DNA of 64,000 nucleotides from Phoronis australis (Eukaryota > Animalia > Phoronida): assembly GCA_002633005.1 (NCBI GenBank), contig NMRA01000453.1, positions 298,116 through 362,115 of the forward strand, read 5' to 3'. This document shows, piece after piece, positions 1 through 11,700 of this stretch; the first letter of the stretch is position 1, and each line of letters starts with the position of its first letter. Both the position numbers and the translations under genes were made by a program. The notes beneath the pieces are model-generated. The model did no database searches. It was not told where the DNA came from and worked only from the letters and a program-made list of their open reading frames with translations.

Positions 1-399
1 TTCATTCTCTTGAAGCTTCCTTCAAAAGCCATCATGTTTGAGTTCTTAATAAGGCAAATTACCGTTCCTTATAACATTTCATACCTCCATGGACTACAAC
101 ATTTTAGTGATTGCTCCTGGAGTTTTGGGGAGTTATTCCACGGTGTAGCATCTGAACTAACTGTTTGAATTCGATTCGTCATGAGCAATCGTTTATTACA
201 TGTATAAGACGTCAAGGGAGAATGGGATAAAACACAATGCATGACAATAGACATAATAAGATTAAATTAAGATGCTCTGCTGTTAGGAAATCGTCATACG
301 AGTAGAGTCCAAACACGGATTTGACGTTTTGTAAGGCTCACTTTTTGGAAGTTTGTGGTCGAATATAGGCCCATGCGCCTAAATGCGACCATGCATGGC

Positions 400-790
400 A
401 TGCTGTCATAGTAGCGCAAGAACTGAATACAGTATACAGTGCAGCTGCAACGATGTCTCTAAGCTGGATGTAAAAGACTGCTGCCTTTGTAACGTCATTT
501 GGCGTTTCTAATTTGTGTTCTGCCATCAACATAGTACACAACTCATAGTAGTCGTCATCGCAGGGACGGTCGGACTTAAAGATACACTTCATTGGCAGGC
601 TAAAACTTTTTGTTCGTCTACAGCACAAAGACAATCTCTCGCCCCAAATGTTTCAGGAAGAGGGTACATCAGAAATGGCCTAATATGACTAAAGTACATA
701 TTCCTGTATCGCCGGATCTTGGGTGTATTCCACTCATGACAGAATTCAACACAGTTTGTCACTACACAACAATCTCACTTAAAATCATGC
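400..790 (-). mobile_element. Degenerate C-terminal fragment of an integrase-core DDE transposase (IS3EU-like)
   Basis: Frameshifted minus-strand reading HEWNTPKIRR..RPFLMY/LPETFGARDCL../PCDDDYYELCTMLMAEHKLETPNDVTKAAVFYIQLR resembles the recalled C-terminus of eukaryotic integrase-core transposases. Family name is from memory. Confidence 0.5.
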
Positions 791-1794
791 CCGCAATAGC
801 TTCTATTTAGAAGGAATCGTTGGCTTCTCACCCCATCGGTTACAAAGTAGCGTAAATGTGAGATTCCAAGGGAAACTGTACGGCAGCCATTATCATTCTT
901 CTCGGAAAAAGTTACAAATAGATATATTTTGCAAACGACCATAAAGCTTACGGAATTCCAGGTTTAAAATCGACACCAATCGTATACTCTAGTCCTACGG
1001 CTTTTGTCCAGTAATTCGAAGCTAATCAAGATATCTTAAGATGTTTCAGTGAGCGAGCTGATCTGTTGTTACTGTAATTGAAAGGCCCTCACAAGAAACC
1101 TCGCCAAACTGTTTTAAACTAACTTTGTCATCAAAAGTAAGCAGATACATACAATAACAGCCAGAAAAAAAAACTCAAATGTGCATGTACATGTACTTAC
1201 TTGGATGATATTCATGAGAGAGAATCTGATACGTTCTCTAGCAAGATTGCCTCCATTAAAGATTCCAAGACCTTGGAATACGCGAAAGAGTGAAATCTAT
1301 ACCACATCTGAACTAGCCGTTTACAACATCTGGCTTTAACTCCAGAGGGATGAATGACAGTTATCTGCTAAGTTGTCTCTAGCAGTACAGTTAAATCATT
1401 TGTTGTGCACTTGTGATACAGGCATAGTTTAACGGCGACGAAGTCCATAAGTCACCAAAAACACATCGCAATTGCTTTGTGCTAAGTGACCAGTGCTGTA
1501 GTGGTAAAATTAGAGGTAAGTAGGCGCCCAGAGCCCACCGCATCACCTTGAGCACTGAACGTAACTTACGGTGCGTAGGCGCTACGTTCAAATGCCAAAA
1601 GGTTGTTGACTGCGCCTACGTGAGCCTACGCCCCACTACAGCACTGTAAGTGACCCTCCAAAACGATACATGGGTACCTTTATTATTTCACCTTGAGTCA
1701 GTCTGAGCTTGAATAAGTCGACAATGTGCTTGTTTCGGTATTTCATTTTAATTTGAAAACGAGGTAGCATCCTCGATAACGTAACTCTAGCGGT

Positions 1795-2027
1795 AGAGTT
1801 ACTAAGTCTATCGATAAAGTTGGTCAAATCCATCGATAGAGTTAGTAAGTCTATAGTGGGAGATAGTACGTCTATTGATAGAGTTATTTACTCTAGATAA
1901 TAAGTATCGATCGAGTTAGTAAGTCTATCGATAAAGTTAGTAAGTCTATCGATCGAGTTAGTAAGTCTATCGATAGAGATTATAGTAAATCTATCGATAG
2001 AGTTAGTAAGTCTATCGATAGAGTTAA
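1795..2027. repeat. Minisatellite, ~21-bp unit TCTATCGATAGAGTTAGTAAG, about 10 imperfect copies
   Basis: Units directly visible; they produce the spurious repetitive ORF SIDRLTN. Confidence 0.9.
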
Positions 2028-2535
2028 CAACGGAGAAAAAAAGTTGCCATGCCGTCCTTTTAAAACCTCCGTATAATATAATTCGTTGCAGGTTGAAGAT
2101 GTATTGCCCCTGAACCAATTAAAATGACCAAGAGTTTTAGTATGCTTAAAATTTTTAAAATTCACCGGTTGATCTTTTGAATGCGGCGTGCAGTGAAACC
2201 AGTGGTAACTGGTAATATTGGAAGAAAGAAAATTAATCATCAATGCAGCTTGCAAGGTTTCAGTCCCCAGACTTCGGTTAAAATGAAGATGATGCGGTTT
2301 TTAGGAAACAAACGTTTTTCAAACTTAACATGTGTTTTGAAGGACTTGATTTGCGAGCAGTTATATTCGCCTTATTATTTCGGCAGATAAATGTTCTCAC
2401 GCGATCGTAATTTCGATATGTGCAAGTCGAATGCGATACGCATGACTTAAGTCTCCTCTTTCAGTGCACGTGAATGCTGGTCGCTTAAACAGGGTTGGTT
2501 TACCAACAACACCGCAGTAAACTGTTGTAGAAAAC

Positions 2536-2757
2536 ATGTTAAGGAAGACCGACTCTCTCTGCTGCGTCTCATCACTCTCGTTAATCATTTGCCAGTTTGT
2601 TGCGGCGAGCAGCATTCATACAAGCACTGGAAATCGCAGTAAGCGAGCAGTGACGGATATCATGACAGCCCAAATGAAAAAGGAACTACTTGACAAGCAT
2701 AATTACTACAGGAGGCAAGAGGTTCGCAGTGAAGGCGTAGCTAACATGGAATACATG
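2536..2757 (+). CDS. CAP gene exon 1 (signal peptide, RSKR furin-type site, start of CAP domain)
   Basis: MLRKTDSLCCVSSLSLIICQFVAASS..RSKR..LLDKHNYYRRQE..ANMEYM, followed by donor GTAAGA. Confidence 0.9.
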
Positions 2758-5700
2758 GTAAGATTTTCTGTTGCGGCATTACCAACAATTAGTTTTGTTA
2801 AGGGTATGGTAAGATGTGACATGTACGTCATTGAAACTAACCCGGCGCCATAGAAGACAACCTAATAGTTGTTCGTCCTGAGTACCAATTTCCAATAACA
2901 AAAAAATTAAGAAATGTTTTATTTGCTCGATGGAATATATTGGAGAGAATCTGAGATCAATTTCATCAAAGGCCGTAGGATCAGGTCGGCAATGCACGGT
3001 CTTGGCTAAGATATAGCCGTCGTAACTTGATTTTATACTTTACAGTTCATTAACGTGACTCTGCGTGAAAGTGGTTTTGAATTCTGAATAATGAAAAATG
3101 GCCAGCTTCACAATAGTTGAAATGGTAAATCGGCCTTGGCGCAAAGCTGTATTAATACTAAATATACAGCTTTGCGCCGATGTGGGTAAAAAGGCAACCA
3201 AATAAACTCTGACACAAAGTTAGTGTCATTAAAACTACACTCTTCCTAAATTATTTACCCGTGTTGGAAAAGTTGGTGTTCCACCGTTATTCTGATGTTT
3301 AAATTGTGATGCAATCTTTTGCGTCGGCTTTAGGCGCCGTGAAATGTTGTGTCACCTATGGGCCGGTTTCTTTTTTTCCCGATTCTTCCATTAACTGTTT
3401 TTCTTCCACGAGGTTGCATACATGTTACAACAAATTATCGGAACTGGTTTCCATTCGTTACAAGTTTTCTACTTTTGTGCGAAATTAGATAAGTGTCTAT
3501 TGTACGCTCGAGTGCAACGGAACTATAGTCAGCGGTTACAATGCACGAACGCCTTTAAAAGTCTAAGTTCGCACTTGATGACCCCTAGATTCAAAGTTTT
3601 AGCTTTAATTCCAAGGTCATTAAGTGCAAAGTATTCACGCCAGTAATGTTGTACCCGAACATAGAAAAATAGACACTTATCTTGAGTTCGCACAAAATTA
3701 GATTTTATAATGCCAAGCATAATTTCGAGTTCCGATTTCTAGAAAATGATTAGTACACTGGCCCTGATTAGGGTTTTGTCAATAGCAGATTACTTAATGT
3801 GAAAAATGCTGATTTTGAACTCAGTTATAGTCAATTTCGCGTCAAACTAATAGCGTGCTTGATCAAAATTCACAATTACGTTAGAATAAATAATAGGCAA
3901 AGAAAAGTGTAGACATTAGATAAGACTTAATTCAAACGGCAAATTTAAATTGATTATAAAGCAGAAATTTCTCGTCTTAGATTAATCAACATTGCGACCA
4001 TTACAACTTCAAAAACATAACATAATCGCCAGCGAATTGTACTGAAATGAAGCGTGGTAATCGTGACCGGCATGAAGTTGGCGTGCTTTTGAAGACCAAA
4101 TTGCGCATTCTGTAACGCTATTGTTTTCTTATTTCATTGAAAGTACGATGGGCGGTCAAAATAAACCATAGAAGAAAAGTTTAGCTCCAATCGAGAAAAA
4201 AAACATTTACCTACGTAGAAGTAAAAAATCAAAAAACCCGGAAAAGTGATGAAATCCGTTTAAACGTCTTAAAACTAATGGCGTACAACGAAATTAACAC
4301 GTTTTCAAAAGGATCTCAATCACTGATTTAATTAGCTGTTGCTTGTCAGTGACGCATGTAAATTTCATATTTTTGCTGGAGATGTCTCTATTTAGGCAGC
4401 TGCAAAGAAAACTCATTCGATGACACCCCCATTTTATAGTAGTAGGAAATTTTTATATAAATTAAGGCTTTGTCGATCCCCTGAATGAATGGTCACATAG
4501 GTCACCACGACTTTAGAATAGCCCCTGTGGAGACAAAATTGGGCCCTATTTTGCGCGAGGCCCCAAGCTCTAGTTTATGTAGCTCAATGATAGCCCAGCT
4601 GTGGTTACAGAAGAAGACGCAGAAAAGGCAAAGGCACAGCAGTATTTGGATCTGTCCGAAAATCAACGGAAGTCAGGCTCTCGTAATGGCTTAGTCACAT
4701 AATAACGATGCAGGCTGATCCCACTGACTGAGTTTCATCCCGAAACCCAGCATGATCGGGCGATTTTTTGTCGGAACATTTTTGACACCGGCTCTCGGTT
4801 AGGCCTCCCTTTACCTATACGCTTGTATCCTCTGCCAAAGGATAATGGAAGTGACGTCAGAAACTTTATGTGACCGAGGCATAAACAGAAACACATCTGC
4901 ACAATTTCACTACTATCGCAAAAACAAAATTAATACTACAAGAGGCATAGCATTACTCACAAACCATTTGAAATAGTTATAAAAAATACGTGAATGTGAA
5001 AGGGGACTTTTAATACAATCTGGTATTCAAAACGTGATGGTGTTTTAAAAACAAACGTCAAGAAATCACGGCATCCACTAAAATGCATCCATATCAACTT
5101 AGTTTTGTATAGGGCCTTTGTTTTGTGAAACATTGAATCGCCATTTTATCACCTAAATCTGTCGAGATTCGCTCTCTGAGCACTCGGAAAAATGGTTATG
5201 CCATTTACATGTGCTTTTAGAGGCCGTTGCCTTTAATTTCAGATTAGGACAGGCCTGCATTATAATAAATTACCAAGAAATAATTAGTGTTTTATAGCAC
5301 AAAATAGCTTCAAATACAACTGGTAAGGTTGGGTGGGTAGATCAATCTTTTCCCCTAAAGTCACGAAGTTTTTGGATGTCAATTAAATCCATGATGCGCA
5401 AAACCCAACGGATATGTTAAAATGACCAAAAAGAGGATTTCCCTTTTATATGAGCAAGGATTAAAGCAAGTTTTATCTTTTTAGTACTGGGATGACGGCT
5501 TAGCCGCACAAGCTAATGCATGGGCGAAAAAGTGCGACTTCGAACATGGGGGAAATAGGAATTACAACGGCGGCACAACAGAAACGACATGGGCCGTCGT
5601 TGGTCAGAACCTTGGATGGCATTCACACAATACGGACCCTTTGCACGTTGTAAATCTGTGGTACAACGAAAAACGATATTATGGTTTTGACCGCCATACT

Positions 5701-8700
5701 TGCTCTGGAGTCTGTGGCCATTATGCTCAGGTAAAACAATTACACGTACCGCCATCGGTCTTAGATTAGCCATTATTCATCGAAAGGGCCGCTGTGTTTA
5801 ACGAAAACGTTAAGAAGCTTTTTGGCAACTGTCAAGTAACCGATGCAAACTGTCACCGATTGATGAAGATATCATTCTTGGCTATGCACCTTTTTAGGTG
5901 GTGTGGGGGACGTCAAAATATCTAGGTTGTTCGTTCGTTCGCTGTCAACCTTTAACAGAAACAAGTACAAGCAAATCGTGGAGCAACGCGTACTATCTCG
6001 TCTGCCACTACGGACCACCGTAAGTCTTTACGCTCTATGCTATCGTGTGGTGAGAAAGAGCGAGAATTGAATACAGTTGTTAAAACACTTCTGTTTTCGC
6101 CGAATGGCCAGAAAGTTCTCCTTTATTTTGATGACATTACACTTTCTTCATTCACTGTTTTGCGAAAGCTTAACCATATGCCTTTAGTCAAGTCATTTCA
6201 AGTTGAAATAGGTAGATTGATGAGGAACGTGTCAGGCCACAGTGAGTACAGTGTATAGGAATAACTTGTCGTGCGCATTTAAGTACAACAGCTGCTAATT
6301 TCTTTCAGTGGAAATAAAAAGGGTACAAGACCATACACCAAAGGAAGCAATTGCACCAGATGTGATTCCGGGACCTACTTTTGTGACAGCGGTCTTTGTC
6401 GTAAGTAGGAACGAGGGATGTTGAACGAAGTGAGACTGAGAACTTTATTCTTAAACTGAATGGCGATGTTGGGAAGAAGAGTGGTAGGAAATTTAGTAAA
6501 CCATTCGAACGTCGATGCCAAAGCGGCTGTAATCCCGCTTTCCACCATAACTCTTTTGATATAGACCCCTTAACGCTGTTACAGTAATTCTTTTACAACG
6601 TGTTGGTTACTCGGATTAGAGACGATTCCTGGTTCTTCGGCTAAGGAAATATCGCAGTGTCATTTCTTCCCGAGCTCCAAAATTTCTTCTTAATTGATGA
6701 AGCCATGACCTAAATCATTTTTGACAGAAAGCACATAATTAAAGAAGACGTCGTTCCTGATTCTTTTCCCACAGCTCGAGCTTCTGATATCTGTGGTTAG
6801 ATGACACAAGTTTGTGTAAAATGTAACGTCATGACGAGTGGTTCTCTGACTGGCCAACGGTAAACTTTATTCATTGCAGTTGCAACGAAGTGTCGGAGAT
6901 ACAACAATGACATCTTAACTTTGAAGAAAACATTCAATGAGCATAAGTTGTTTTATTGTGTCATTTTACATAATACACACTCTTGGTGAAAGCAACGTAG
7001 AATGAAGCGGGAAGTTAGCGATAGCGACATGGATTCCGAGTGTCACCGTATGATCCGAACAGCTACATGTAAGCTGTCCTAGCTAACACTGGCCTTAAGG
7101 CATGGTGGAATGGGTGGGGGAGAGATCTCACGGCAGGCGAGGGCCTGGAATTCTCGAGGCAACACGTAAAGTGGATGGGGCCAGTGAAACCTGAGGTGCA
7201 TGGGAATGGTGGAAGGGGTGGTGATAAACTGGCGTCAATCGGGGCATTTGCACCCGTCCAAGTAAACCTTCTTATGCTTATACGTTGATGATGTGATGCG
7301 TTTTTGCGTCACGGGGACTGACGGGCCGTAAAACTGTCGGACGGCGGTAGCCTAAGAGTTTTTTTTAATAAAATTTTGGGCTGTCGAGGTTAGTGAACTT
7401 AAGTCATCACCGCTGACCAGTTAGTGGGGCGCGAAAACCGAGTGCTGGCGGATGGGCGTAGAGTACGGTAAAATCTCACCAATTTCGGACGAAAATTATT
7501 TCCAAAATTGGTCTTCTAATATTGTTTTGAATGTTCACAGTTGCTGGAAACATTGTCTGAAGGTAGCCATGGCATACAGCATCTATTTGGTGCTACCTAT
7601 CTTTTGTTAAAAAATGAAAACATAAAATTTCACTTGTCCTCCATATTGTGTCCTAAATTGGTGAGATTTTACGTAATTTAAGTGGCAACCGGTGATCGAG
7701 GTTGGGGTAGGTGATCAGGGAACTTAGGCACAACATGCTAATTGTAATACCCTACCTTGATTGTTTCTCCCTAAAGTGATTCTCAAGCAATAAAACGGCA
7801 TTTTTATTTCCACCCAAATAAATTAATGAAAAACGGACTAGGCAGACCCTGCTGAATAAACAGCGTAGCCACGGTTCATTTATGAAGCCGGTAATGGCGA
7901 TTACTACTCTGTTACTGTCATGATCGCAAACTAGAGATATTATTTTCCAGGGATTTTGTCAGTCTTCGATTTAGTTCTAAATGCTCATCACTGCAACATG
8001 GCTGCAGTTTGTCACTACGCGTTTGGCTCCAAGCGGGAGTTTTTCGCGCTAAGCTCAGTTCAGAAACGTACATTATTTGCTTCAAGCGCGCGTGCGACCT
8101 GCGTGACACTAAAGTTATTACATATGTTTCGGAACAATCAAACTAATCCCGTACTGTAGACAAAGGACCGCTTTTTCCACTGATATATTTTTCTTATTTG
8201 TTAAGCAGAAATTCTATAATAATTACTTTGGGATAAAAGCTAGAAATCTTTGATTTGTTGCTTGAATAACCCCAGTTCCTGGTAATAAATGTCTTTTGAC
8301 AGTACCAAAACAGTATGCGCAGCTTGAACTATCATTCATTTGAGTACCCAAGGCAACACCAGCAAGACACTCGCGAGAAAAGTTGATGTAATCGTGTAAT
8401 GTATTGCATTGTTTTGCGTTTTGCGAAATTCTTGAGCCCACGGTACACAACTAGTTTTCGACATTTTTTGTTTCCAAATTATTGTAATAAAGCGCAACTT
8501 CGGTGTTCCTTGCCAAAAAGGTCTGCATCGCTTTCGAGGAGTCAAAACTGTGTCGGAATCACTTTTCCTTCATCAGCAAAAGTGATTTGAAACTTACGAG
8601 CAACTGATAAAGTAACCTTTGAAATTCACTTGTTATGACCTGTTGAACCAAAAGTTAAAGGTTGGTTGGTGTTTTGAAGTAGTGATTGATGCAGACAGCG

Positions 8701-11700
8701 TTTGACATTACATTTCTTCTCATCCACTCTGAATGATTGACGTTTCATAATCCACAGGTGACTGTCACGGAGACGGTGTTCAAGGGTGTAGTAAGTATTG
8801 TTATTCATCTGAGTCTCTATCCAGCTCTCTCTGTATTGATAAGCACCGAGTGGCAGACCTTATCTACATGTACATGTAAATATGTTTTCTCTGGCTACTA
8901 TGGCTCCCAAGTGACCTTTTCTACTTTTTCCGTTGTGTTTATTTAAATGTTTGTGGGATCTTTGTGAGATTTGGCGAGCGTTTTTCTGTGAATATGATAT
9001 ACGAGTAGGATGACGACGACTTTCGAATGGATCTGACTTCCGCTGTGTTCCCTAGTGGAAATTTTATTTCTTTACATTTCAATATGTGTATTCAGAATAT
9101 CTTTTCATGTAATTCCTAGCCTAATTTTCGAATAGATTCCATGTACCCTGCTCCACCTCGTGATTATTTGCATTATTTATTACACGTATCTACCACACCA
9201 TTCAAAGCAGCATTTATGAAAATCGGCATGTGTGTTCCTGCTGAGAAGTTCCTTACCAACGTTGACTACAGATCGTGTCTAACTACTGCGTCCAAGGCTT
9301 TACCTCTTAAACCTTTCGAAGATTTTTTTAATTTACAAATTTGGCACGTGTATGACCAAAGATGATAGAACATATTTTCTGACGGATCCAAGTGTTCCAA
9401 ACTTTTGTATGTTACTAAAGAAAGTGGGCTCTGGAAAAAAACACAATTCAGGACAAAGAGACAAATGAAACAGTGTTTCATAGTTGTCAACATTCGGGGA
9501 TGAAAAAACGGGCAATTAGTGGATTGAAACGCGAAACTTCCAGATACAAAGCGGGACATCCGGGTCTAAGCCAAAACGCACGGGTGAAATGTTCGCGGCA
9601 ACACACNNNNNNNNNNNNNNNNNNNNNNNNNNNNNNNNNNNNNNNNNNNNNNNNNNNNNNNNNNNNNNNNNNNNNNNNNNNNNNNNNNNNNNNNNNNNNN
9701 NNNNNNNNNNNNNNNNNNNNNNNNNNNNNNNNNNNNNNNNNNNNNNNNNNNNNNNNNNNNNNNNNNNNNNNNNNNNNNNNNNNNNNNNNNNNNNNNNNNN
9801 NNNNNNNNNNNNNNNNNNNNNNNNNNNNNNNNNNNNNNNNNNNNNNNNNNNNNNNNNNNNNNNNNNNNNNNNNNNNNNNNNNNNNNNNNNNNNNNNNNNN
9901 NNNNNNNNNNNNNNNNNNNNNNNNNNNNNNNNNNNNNNNNNNNNNNNNNNNNNNNNNNNNNNNNNNNNNNNNNNNNNNNNNNNNNNNNNNNNNNNNNNNN
10001 NNNNNNNNNNNNNNNNNNNNNNNNNNNNNNNNNNNNNNNNNNNNNNNNNNNNNNNNNNNNNNNNNNNNNNNNNNNNNNNNNNNNNNNNNNNNNNNNNNNN
10101 NNNNNNNNNNNNNNNNNNNNNNNNNNNNNNNNNNNNNNNNNNNNNNNNNNNNNNNNNNNNNNNNNNNNNNNNNNNNNNNNNNNNNNNNNNNNNNNNNNNN
10201 NNNNNNNNNNNNNNNNNNNNNNNNNNNNNNNNNNNNNNNNNNNNNNNNNNNNNNNNNNNNNNNNNNNNNNNNNNNNNNNNNNNNNNNNNNNNNNNNNNNN
10301 NNNNNNNNNNNNNNNNNNNNNNNNNNNNNNNNNNNNNNNNNNNNNNNNNNNNNNNNNNNNNNNNNNNNNNNNNNNNNNNNNNNNNNNNNNNNNNNNNNNN
10401 NNNNNNNNNNNNNNNNNNNNNNNNNNNNNNNNNNNNNNNNNNNNNNNNNNNNNNNNNNNNNNNNNNNNNNNNNNNNNNNNNNNNNNNNNNNNNNNNNNNN
10501 NNNNNNNNNNNNNNNNNNNNNNNNNNNNNNNNNNNNNNNNNNNNNNNNNNNNNNNNNNNNNNNNNNNNNNNNNCTGAATCGGTTTGCTGGTACTGAAATA
10601 TCAAAAAGTTATAATGAAATGAAACCGGTTTCGATAACTTGTTGTGACATGGACACAGCCTCGCGGAATGAGATCAGTTGATTGAAGAATCGGCGAAAAA
10701 AGAAACTGACCAATTGTTGACGCTATATTTCATGGCGCCAAAAGCCCACGCATAAGGTCGCTCCTCAAATTTAGCAGCGGAATAACGGTAGAATGCCAAT
10801 TTTCCTAACACCTATAAATAATGCAAGTTTCTCAAGAAAGAGTGTACTTTTTAATGACACAAATTTTTGTCAGAGTTTATTTGGACACCTTTTTACCCAT
10901 ATCGGCGCAAAGCTGTATATTTAGTGTACAGGTTTGGACCAAGGCTAACTATCGCTGTACGTCTTAGTGGCATTGGAGTTCTATGACAGATTTCCACGAT
11001 GCCACGCATTTTCGGACGGGTTCGACGTATTTAACACCATTTTTATGATATTAATAAAGACCCGTAGAAGCATACCGTCTGTAGTGCAGTCTCGGGCGTA
11101 AATCCACGCTATTCGTTGCTCTTGTCTGAAACGCAGCCTTATTTGTACGTTTAGTTAACTTGCGCAGCTTCAATACTTTGGGTATTGTAAATTGTATTTT
11201 TGACCAAATATTCTTGAAATCGTTCTTTTCAGAGTGTAGCGTCTTATATGCGTATGAAAAAGTTCCAATGTTTACTGTGTTGAAGATCACGAGCAGAAAG
11301 CCACTGACTCCTACTATCTGTTTTTCAGAATGTGAAGCGCAATGTGAAAACTGTGCTTCTGTCAACCAGTTGAAGTGCAAATGCTTGTGTAAGAAAGGTT
11401 ACATTGGGCAACGGTGTACAAGCACGTGCAGAAACAACCATGCTAATTGTGGGGACGGCTGGTGGCCATCCAATTGCAAGCATGATTTCGTGTCCAGATA
11501 CTGTCCGGCTATGTGTAAAACCTGTGGTAAGATTCACTTCTTTGCGTCACACTTTGACATGGAGTAATTTATGTCATCGGACCAAATAGAGGAGAATGTA
11601 ATTAAGTCATATGTTAGCTGGATGGTTTGGATTCTTCTGTGAGAATTTACGCCTCTCGTCTTTCATGGACGGATGTGAAGTCGTGTTTACTTGAAACGTT

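Noticed and set aside
1795-2027. CRISPR-like periodicity
   Set aside because: Units are contiguous with no unique spacers, there are no cas genes, and the context is eukaryotic.
3360-3766. Possible Harbinger MITE (GGGCCGGTTTC .. GTACACTGGCCC)
   Set aside because: TIR match is short and imperfect, with no clear TSD.
9473-10681. Long ORFs of 335-402 aa (also 57362-58009)
   Set aside because: Artefacts of translating through N gaps.
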